From the NCBI GenBank assembly GCA_963620965.1, contig CAVFCJ010000002.1:1-42017 (forward strand): a stretch of 42,017 bases of DNA. The letters run 5' to 3'. How positions within the stretch are numbered: the first letter of the stretch is position 1; each line of letters begins with the position of its first letter. Shown one piece after another: positions 35,725-42,017 of this stretch. The position numbers and the translations under genes are program-made. The notes below the pieces were generated by a model, which was not told the DNA's origin, did not search any database, and saw only the letters and a list, made by a program, of their open reading frames with translations. This stretch comes from a bacterium. GTDB lineage: Bacteria > Bacillota > Clostridia > Christensenellales > CAG-917.

Positions 35725-36936
35725 ATGCTTGAACTTCTAATGCCGGCGGGCAATCTCAAAAAACTTAAAACCGCTTTCCACTTCGGCGCAGATGCCGTAT
35801 ATATAGGCGGAAAATCGTTTTCGTTGCGCGCTTTTGCGGACAATTTTTCAAACGAGGAAATCGCCGAGGGCGTGAAATTTGCGCACGCTCTCAACAAAAA
35901 AGTGTACGTCACGGCAAACATATTCGCAAGAAACGCAGACCTTAAATCTCTCAAAGAATACTTCGCGTTTTTGCAATCCGCAAACGTTGACGCGGTGCTT
36001 ATAAGCGATGTGGGGCTTGTCGCGCTGTGTAAAGAGGTCGCTCCGTCGCTGACGACTCATTTGTCCACGCAGGCAAACACCACCAATCTGCTCGCCGTCA
36101 AATTCTGGCAAAGTATGGGCGTAAAGCGAGTGGTGCTTGCAAGAGAACTCGGACTTGAAGAAATAAAGCAAATTCACGAGGCAGTGCCGGATATGGAACT
36201 CGAAGCGTTCGTTCACGGCGCAATGTGTATGTCTTACAGCGGTCGCTGCCTGTTGTCCACGTACTTTTCGGGACGTAGCGCAAACAGAGGCGCATGTATT
36301 CAGCCATGCAGATGGGGTTATCGCATAACCGAAACCGAACGCCACGACTCAAAGCCGCTCGACATAGAGCAAGATGAAAGAGGAACATATTTTATGAACA
36401 GTCGCGACTTAAGATTGCTCGAACATATTCCCTCTCTTGCAAAATGCGGAATCGTGTCGCTGAAAGTGGAAGGCAGAATGAAAAGCGAGTTTTACGTCGC
36501 GACCGTCGCAAACGCATATCGCCACGCAATCGACGAATATTTGCAAACGGGTAAAATCGAAAATACGGCAAAATACAACGCCGACCTCGAAACCGTCGCT
36601 CACCGCACCTACACAGACGCATACTTCGAGGGCGACAACCTCGACACCGTATGCCTTGACGAGGGACAATCCCCTGAAAAATATATCTTCACCGCCATCG
36701 TGCAGAACGTCGAAAACGGCATAGTTACGGTTGAAATGCGAAATCGCTTCAAATCGGGTGAAATGCTTTTCGTCTTATCCCCCGACCAAAACAACGGCAA
36801 GTCGTTTACTCTTGGCGCAATCACGCACACGCAAGACAAACTCCTCACCGACGACGCAAAACTCGTCCAACACTCTTATTCTTTTGCTTGCCCGTTGAAC
36901 TTGAAATCGGGCGATATACTGCTGAAAGAAATCTGA
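35725..36936 (+). CDS. Peptidase U32-family protein (collagenase-like, RlhA/TrhP-type).
   Basis: Starts MLELLMPAGNLKKLKTAFHFGADAVYIGG behind an AAGGAAA SD. Contains the U32 signature region (EAFVHGAMCMSYSGRCLLS). The track's 35626 start adds 33 atypical residues. Confidence 0.85.
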   Translation: MLELLMPAGNLKKLKTAFHFGADAVYIGGKSFSLRAFADNFSNEEIAEGVKFAHALNKKVYVTANIFARNADLKSLKEYFAFLQSANVDAVLISDVGLVALCKEVAPSLTTHLSTQANTTNLLAVKFWQSMGVKRVVLARELGLEEIKQIHEAVPDMELEAFVHGAMCMSYSGRCLLSTYFSGRSANRGACIQPCRWGYRITETERHDSKPLDIEQDERGTYFMNSRDLRLLEHIPSLAKCGIVSLKVEGRMKSEFYVATVANAYRHAIDEYLQTGKIENTAKYNADLETVAHRTYTDAYFEGDNLDTVCLDEGQSPEKYIFTAIVQNVENGIVTVEMRNRFKSGEMLFVLSPDQNNGKSFTLGAITHTQDKLLTDDAKLVQHSYSFACPLNLKSGDILLKEI

Positions 36937-36956
36937 AAAACAATCAAAAATTAAAA

Positions 36957-37246
36957 CTTCCCCCTTCCTCACGTGTTTCCCCTACCGCCGTTCCCCCTCT
37001 GCATTCTTTGAGGGAACCCACGGCGTCCGCTCCGCGTGGGGCAACACTGACGCGATTGACTTCGTAGCAATCGCTAGTTCGTTGCACGCAACGAACGGCA
37101 GACGGGCTGTTGGCAATACAAATCGGCTGAAAGCCGTGCCACTGCGCTTTGTGCGCCAGCTACGCACCCAAACGGCGCAGTCGCTTGTACTGTCCGTCAA
37201 GCTCGGCGCTCCCTTTTCTCGCCGCCCTGCGGCTCGTGTTCCGTCT
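36957..37246. ncRNA. Candidate structured RNA or unclassified repeat, copy 2 of the ~290-nt element.
   Basis: Aligns end to end with 19478-19768. Five single-base differences, two of which form a compensatory pair, plus one replaced 15/16-nt patch. It starts 20 nt after the U32 stop codon with no terminator between them. Confidence 0.45.
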
Positions 37247-37289
37247 GCTAAATTGCACATTCCGTTTATAAGTACATCCTTAATAATTA

Positions 37290-37418
37290 TTAAAACCGCG
37301 ATATTGAGATGAAGAACAAGAAAGAGACATCCGAATGGCAACCCTAATTTACATAGCGTAAATGAGTTGACAAGCGGATGCCTCTGACACAGTTATTCGC
37401 TCAATAGCGCGGTTTTAA
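37290..37418. repeat. Nested-hairpin element, copy E. Probable terminator of the 41934..37415 operon.
   Basis: Outer arms TTAAAACCGCGATATTGAG / CTCAATAGCGCGGTTTTAA. Mid stem GAGACATCCG / CGGATGCCTC (one A-C). Apex GAATGGCAACCCTA-ATTTAC-ATAGC-GTAAAT-GAGTTGACA. The stop codon at 37415-37417 lies inside the terminal TTTTAA. Confidence 0.75.
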
Positions 37419-38893
37419 TGGTTGGCGACGTAGTCGTTAGCCCCCGTAAAGTCCGCATAATAATTCTTCGCTTCGCACTCGAATGTGCTGTCCGATTTGA
37501 GAGCGATGACGGTCGTGCCGCGTTGAGACTTTTCTTTGTAGATGCCGGCATAGGCGAGATAGTCGATGGACATACCGTAGGTGAGGCGAATAGAGCGGGA
37601 CGCGCCGGCCGGCGTATAGTTTACGGAAAAGTTGTTGTAGTGGTCGTGTCCGCAGAAAACGCCTTGCATACCGTGCGTAAGACCCGTTTCAAAAAGCGTG
37701 TCGGTGCTGCTTCCGCAGAATACGCCGTAGGTGCGAACGCCGTTCTTCTTCTTGTCGGATTCGCCCATAGTTCCGTAAATAAACTCGGTTGTGCCTTTAG
37801 CGGAAGCGAGAATCGTGCCGCGAGTCAATTCATCTTTGGATTTGCCCGATTCGATGACGTTTGCCCAAGCGTCGCGGTACTCAGCGAGCGGAATGTGGAA
37901 GAACACGAGGTTGTTGACTTCAACGTTGTTGTTTGCGGCTTTGAGTTTGTCCATCTCGGTTGCGTACCAGTCGATTTGGCATTGATGGATGTTGTCGTAC
38001 TTCCACGCCATACCGAAATAGTCGCCGTCGGTGTAACTGTGGCTGTCGAATGTGACGAGTGCTTGGTTGATGGGACTTACGGAGCCGCTCGGATTCTTGA
38101 CGACGATGACGTCGTTGCCGAAGCCTCTAGAAGTTTTGCTTATCTCGTCTTTCTCGTCACAGAAGCCTGCTCTGAAAAGGCAATATTTGAAACCTGCGTT
38201 CGCATAGTAGTCGCAGATCTGGTCGCGTCCGTAAAGGCTGTACATCTCGGTGTCGTGGTTGCCGAACGCAAACGTCCAGTACACGCCGAGTTTTTCCATC
38301 ATCGTCGCAAAGATTTTGGTTGCGTTGAGGTTGTTGAACGTGCCTGCTTGGAAGGGAACGGGATACGCAATATCGCCCGTCACGACCACAAGGTCGGGTT
38401 GAGATTGACGAATCATCGTTGCAACCGCACTCATAGCCCAGTTGTCTTTCGTGCCGGAAAACGCACCGCCACCGATATGTACGTCGGTGAATTGCAACAC
38501 TTTGAAATCTCTGTCCGCCTCTTTTTCAAACGTCCAATATCCAAGATCGTCGTCAAAAGTCGGCACAAGTTGCGCATGCTCGGTGTATTCGACCTTTTCA
38601 AAACTCGAAGCAAGCGAAAGGTGCGCGTTGGTATTGACGGCCGAGGCAATTGCGCAACCGCTGAAAAAAATGACGATTGCAAGCACCACGCAGCCCGTGA
38701 TAATCAAGGCTTTCGCGGTTTTTCTTTTCTTTTGTTCGGGCGTGAGTTGTTTTTTCTCTTTCTTGCCCTTCTTTACCTTTTTACCATCAAAGTCTTTGAG
38801 TATACCATCGTTTTCGTCGTTTTCTTCAAGACCGTTTATGTCTTGTTGCGATTCCTCTTGCGGAATATCCGCGTTTTTGATTTCGTCGCTCAT
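37415..38893 (-). CDS. Membrane-anchored calcineurin-like metallophosphoesterase.
   Basis: 492 aa with AGGAGG SD. Acidic/basic N-terminal tail, then one TM (ALIITGCVVLAIVIFFSGCAIA). Motifs TDVHIG, TGDIAYP, FGNHDTE, FFHIPL and CGHDHYN. Confidence 0.85.
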   Translation of the reverse strand: MSDEIKNADIPQEESQQDINGLEENDENDGILKDFDGKKVKKGKKEKKQLTPEQKKRKTAKALIITGCVVLAIVIFFSGCAIASAVNTNAHLSLASSFEKVEYTEHAQLVPTFDDDLGYWTFEKEADRDFKVLQFTDVHIGGGAFSGTKDNWAMSAVATMIRQSQPDLVVVTGDIAYPVPFQAGTFNNLNATKIFATMMEKLGVYWTFAFGNHDTEMYSLYGRDQICDYYANAGFKYCLFRAGFCDEKDEISKTSRGFGNDVIVVKNPSGSVSPINQALVTFDSHSYTDGDYFGMAWKYDNIHQCQIDWYATEMDKLKAANNNVEVNNLVFFHIPLAEYRDAWANVIESGKSKDELTRGTILASAKGTTEFIYGTMGESDKKKNGVRTYGVFCGSSTDTLFETGLTHGMQGVFCGHDHYNNFSVNYTPAGASRSIRLTYGMSIDYLAYAGIYKEKSQRGTTVIALKSDSTFECEAKNYYADFTGANDYVANH

Positions 38894-38933
38894 AAATCCC
38901 TCCTTGTTTGCTGCACTATATAAGTATTATATA

Positions 38934-39926
38934 TTATTTTTCGTCATTTTCAATAGAAGATTGCTCAAATTCGCACTCGTTTTCGGCGGTAATTTCCCCT
39001 TCTCCGTCCGCATTTTCGTTTTTATTCGTGTCTTGATTATCGAAACGGTTACCACTTTTGCCGTCGTTTCGATTGCCGTTTTGGTTCTCGCTGTTTGCGA
39101 ATATGTCGACAAACGTGACGATTGCATTGGTTTTTTCCTTAACCTCAGTGCTCATAGCCGCAAAATTCGTGTTCTCGCTTGCGTTGACAAACGCGTTGCC
39201 CACCTTTGCGCCGTAACCGTAATCGTGAAGTTCGGTTTTGACGAGGGTTGCGTTTTGGGATTTGCACGCGTCCTCGATTGCCGCAATCTCGTCTTTTGCG
39301 CCGTCGCCCACGACGATCGCTCGCACGTTTTCAACAACCATTTTTATGCCGACGGCGATAATCACGACACTCATCGCGATGCCGACGATTGCGTCCACCG
39401 CATAATCGACTCTTGCCGTAATCGCAAATGCGACGAGGCTTGTTGCGGTTATGCCCATATCGAGAAAACTGTCGAGCATAAGCGCACGCACCGCTTGCGA
39501 GCGAATCTTTTTGTTTGCGAACATATATGCAAGACCGATGCCGAGTTTTATGGGCAGGCAAACACTGATAAGCACGATGCTTTGCCAGCCGTAGTAGACG
39601 GGTTCGGGCATAGCCATACGATTGAGCGAGCGCACGAAGAACAACCCGCCCATAACGACCGATACGACCGCCACAATAAAACCTGCAAGGTATTCCCCCC
39701 TGCCGTAACCGTACGGCGCATTTTCGCCCTTCGGCAAAAAAAGAACGATAAAAACGATGAGGGTGACTATACAGGTGAGCGTATCAAGAAAACTGTTCAT
39801 TGCGTCAAGCATAATACAAAGGCTGTTCGAGGCAAGACCGACATACATCTTTATCGCCGCAAGCACAATATTAACGACAATGCCGATTGCGATAAGAAGA
39901 ATTGATTTTTTTATTCTGTCCCTCAT
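38934..39926 (-). CDS. Cation diffusion facilitator (CDF) family transporter with a low-complexity C-terminal tail.
   Basis: 330 aa with six TM segments. Asp-containing motifs lie in TM2 (LDAMNSFLD) and TM5 (LDSFLDMG). C-terminal cytoplasmic domain plus an N/D/E-rich tail. Confidence 0.75.
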   Translation of the reverse strand: MRDRIKKSILLIAIGIVVNIVLAAIKMYVGLASNSLCIMLDAMNSFLDTLTCIVTLIVFIVLFLPKGENAPYGYGRGEYLAGFIVAVVSVVMGGLFFVRSLNRMAMPEPVYYGWQSIVLISVCLPIKLGIGLAYMFANKKIRSQAVRALMLDSFLDMGITATSLVAFAITARVDYAVDAIVGIAMSVVIIAVGIKMVVENVRAIVVGDGAKDEIAAIEDACKSQNATLVKTELHDYGYGAKVGNAFVNASENTNFAAMSTEVKEKTNAIVTFVDIFANSENQNGNRNDGKSGNRFDNQDTNKNENADGEGEITAENECEFEQSSIENDEK

Positions 39927-40243
39927 TTTTCACCCTCGTTCTTTGCCGCGTTCTGCTTGTTCTTTTTGCCGTGGCGAAGTTTCCTCTGCACGTTTTTATC
40001 AGCATTTTTTGTGGTGCTTTTGATTGCCTTATTTTCGGCGTTATTTGCACAATCGGACGTTTTTGTCTGCGTTTCCCTTACATAAACGTACTTTTCGAGT
40101 CGTTTGATGTCCGCTTTGTGTCTCGTGTAAAGCATAAGCGACATAACGGTTACGACAACAAAAAGCATACCCGTAAGCGCAAGCAAAAACGCAAAGAAGA
40201 AGTTTTGAAGATTGAACGCTGCACACATCAAACCGTACGTCAT
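39923..40243 (-). CDS. Small membrane protein (106 aa), hypothetical.
   Basis: Start ATG 40243 overlaps the upstream stop (ATGA) and its own stop overlaps the CDF start (ATGA), suggesting translational coupling. One or two TM segments (FFFAFLLALTGMLFVVVTVMSLML) and a basic K/N-rich tail. Confidence 0.55.
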   Translation of the reverse strand: MTYGLMCAAFNLQNFFFAFLLALTGMLFVVVTVMSLMLYTRHKADIKRLEKYVYVRETQTKTSDCANNAENKAIKSTTKNADKNVQRKLRHGKKNKQNAAKNEGEK

Positions 40244-41934
40244 ACCAAATACCTCTTTTGCTTTTTCCACGCCACGCAAAGAGCGACGACGGTCAACGCA
40301 AGCACGCCGCAGATTGCAATGAGCGCGATGTTTGCAGGTGCAAACGGCATTGTCTCACTGCTGCCCTCTATAAAGCAAATGACGCTATATTGCTTTGACA
40401 AAACCGCACTTTTCTCGCTTATATCGAAAATCTCGTCCTTGCCGTAAATCGCAAAATATTCGACTGTTTCGGGCGCGTTTTTCCATGTTATCGAAAAAGC
40501 TTCTTCAGGCGTAACGTCGTTTCCGTCGCCGTCCACAAACTCGAATTTGTATGCGGCATATATGGGTCTGCCGTACTTGTTTTCAACCTCTATTCTGCTC
40601 GCTTTTACGGTTACGTCCATAAGGCCGCTTCCGAAAAACACATAGAAAATTTGCCCGTCGTTGAGGACGACTTCCACTTGCTTTGCGTACACGAAATATC
40701 TGCCGTAGTTTGCAAATTGGCTTTCGTGGCTATGGCAATCCGGCGTGTAATTCGGATTTGAAAATACGATATACGAGCGATACATCGTGCTCGGCACATC
40801 CTTGTCCGCTTCGTACTCGAAACTTACGCCGAGATCTTCTTCGGCGTCGCCGCAGGCAAGCGCGGATACGATTTGAAATTTTGGAATTGCAAACGCTTCG
40901 CCCACAAGCGAATACGCGTCGCGTATGCGAACGTAAAGCGTGCGAGGACTGACATCAACTTGCACAGCGATTTTTTCAAGCGGCATATAGTTGCCTTTTT
41001 CGGGAATAAAATCGAAATACACGATATAGCCGCCGTCTTTAACGCCCAAATATGTCGATTTCGGGTCGGCGACGCTTGTAAAATCAAAGTCCGTTTGCTC
41101 TGCGCTCGGCAGGAAACTGCCCTTTACTTTCACGTCGCAAAAATCCGTCGATTCGAGCGAGTTTGCCATATCCGACAAACTTGCACCGTACACAAAATTC
41201 TTTTTCGGTTGCTTTTGTGCCGAAATTTCCGCTTTTTCTATGGTGCAAGCAAATGTTTGTCCGTATCTTACGGATTCGTATTCAAACGGCACGAGTTGCT
41301 CGTTGACCTCGTACCTAATCTTCTCGGTTGCGACGAGGCGCACTTGGTATTCGCCCGCATCAACGCCTCTGCCGAACAAATAGCCGCCCGCCGTGTAGTC
41401 GGCATATGCTCTTTGCCATTCGCCGCCCTCTTTTTTATACTCAAAAAAAACGCTCGGCGAAGATATTATTTGCAAAACTCTTGCGCCAAAAAATACGCCT
41501 TGCGAGCCGTATTTTGCCGTGTTTTGCTCGACCGAAGAAACTATGTCGGGAAGTTTGAAGGATATATCGCAATAGTTTGCAATGATAAAATCGTCCGTAT
41601 CGGGAACTTCCACATCCGAATCGCGCAGCCAAGTTTTTATTGCCTCGTACATTTTGAACGCAACGCAATTATGGTTGTTTGCCTCTATAAACGCGCCTCG
41701 GCACTCTGCGCCGTCAACGTTTTGCCCGTTCAAAGACAACATCCAGTTTTCGCCGTCGGCGGTTGCTATGACGAACGACGGCAACGCCGCATCATCTGTC
41801 GCCGCGATCGAAGCGTTTTCTGCCTCAGCAACCAAAACATCGCGCGGATACAATTCGAGCAACGCACAAACCGCCGTGCCGAGCACGACGAGCAAGCAAC
41901 ATATAAGCACGATTGTCATCTTCTTTGCGGACAT
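40240..41934 (-). CDS. Hypothetical surface protein with an N-terminal signal anchor and a C-terminal TM anchor.
   Basis: 564 aa with GAGGG SD. N-terminus MSAKKMTIVLICCLLVVLGTAVCALL. C-terminus IALIAICGVLALTVVALCVAW-KKQKRYLV. No domain recognised. Confidence 0.7.
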   Translation of the reverse strand: MSAKKMTIVLICCLLVVLGTAVCALLELYPRDVLVAEAENASIAATDDAALPSFVIATADGENWMLSLNGQNVDGAECRGAFIEANNHNCVAFKMYEAIKTWLRDSDVEVPDTDDFIIANYCDISFKLPDIVSSVEQNTAKYGSQGVFFGARVLQIISSPSVFFEYKKEGGEWQRAYADYTAGGYLFGRGVDAGEYQVRLVATEKIRYEVNEQLVPFEYESVRYGQTFACTIEKAEISAQKQPKKNFVYGASLSDMANSLESTDFCDVKVKGSFLPSAEQTDFDFTSVADPKSTYLGVKDGGYIVYFDFIPEKGNYMPLEKIAVQVDVSPRTLYVRIRDAYSLVGEAFAIPKFQIVSALACGDAEEDLGVSFEYEADKDVPSTMYRSYIVFSNPNYTPDCHSHESQFANYGRYFVYAKQVEVVLNDGQIFYVFFGSGLMDVTVKASRIEVENKYGRPIYAAYKFEFVDGDGNDVTPEEAFSITWKNAPETVEYFAIYGKDEIFDISEKSAVLSKQYSVICFIEGSSETMPFAPANIALIAICGVLALTVVALCVAWKKQKRYLV

Positions 41935-41967
41935 AAACCCTCGAATGTATCTGTTGACTCTATCCTG

Positions 41968-41996
41968 ATTGTACCACGAAAATACCCTTTTCGCAA
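41968..41996 (-). promoter_or_regulatory. Candidate promoter of the four-gene operon 41934..37415.
   Basis: On the minus strand: TTGCGA (41996-41991), 17-nt spacer, extended -10 TGGTACAAT (41976-41968). Confidence 0.5.
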
Positions 41997-42017
41997 TACG
42001 CGCGCATTATTATGTTA

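Noticed and set aside
19478-37418. Direct repeats of ~440 nt (290-nt element plus hairpin element) bracket a 17-kb segment, which could mark a composite transposon or excisable island.
   Set aside because: The bracketed segment contains essential single-copy housekeeping genes (serS, leuS, tmk, holB, ung). It contains no integrase, transposase or other mobility gene. The repeats are better explained as dispersed copies of small elements.

Overview
This 42-kb window looks like a chromosomal segment of a Firmicute with Clostridia-like gene order, and most of it is core housekeeping. On the minus strand lies the heat-shock operon hrcA-grpE-dnaK-dnaJ-prmA-rsmE-mtaB-HIT, with a CIRCE operator. Next come tRNA-Thr(CGU), then rluD-lspA, and sepF-yggS (the tail of the division cluster). 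A TetR regulator with a fused MacB-type ABC transporter, an M28 peptidase, serS and leuS follow. A plus-strand block holds a GH5 lipoprotein, tmk-holB-ricT, ung, a DUF896 gene, a phosphoribosyltransferase and a U32 peptidase. A final minus-strand operon of unknown role encodes a 564-aa surface protein, a 106-aa membrane protein, a CDF transporter and a membrane metallophosphoesterase. A 1520-aa secreted protein with two metallophosphoesterase domains opens the window. I found no CRISPR array, transposase, integrase, phage genes or recognisable defence genes. The unusual content is non-coding. (1) A family of ~130-nt nested-hairpin elements occurs seven times. Its stems differ in sequence between copies but stay complementary within each copy. 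All five full copies have the same polarity, and each abuts or overlaps the stop codon of a minus-strand gene. (2) A ~290-nt hairpin-rich element is present twice (19478-19768 and 36957-37246). The copies are near-identical and include one compensatory base-pair change. Each copy lies directly beside one of the nested-hairpin elements. (3) A four-unit tandem mini-hairpin array and other short REP-like repeats sit inside the yggS-sepF intercistronic region and in other intergenic regions. I do not recognise (1) or (2) as named families, and they are the best candidates for something undescribed. All coordinates and motifs were read by eye from the sequence; no searches were run.
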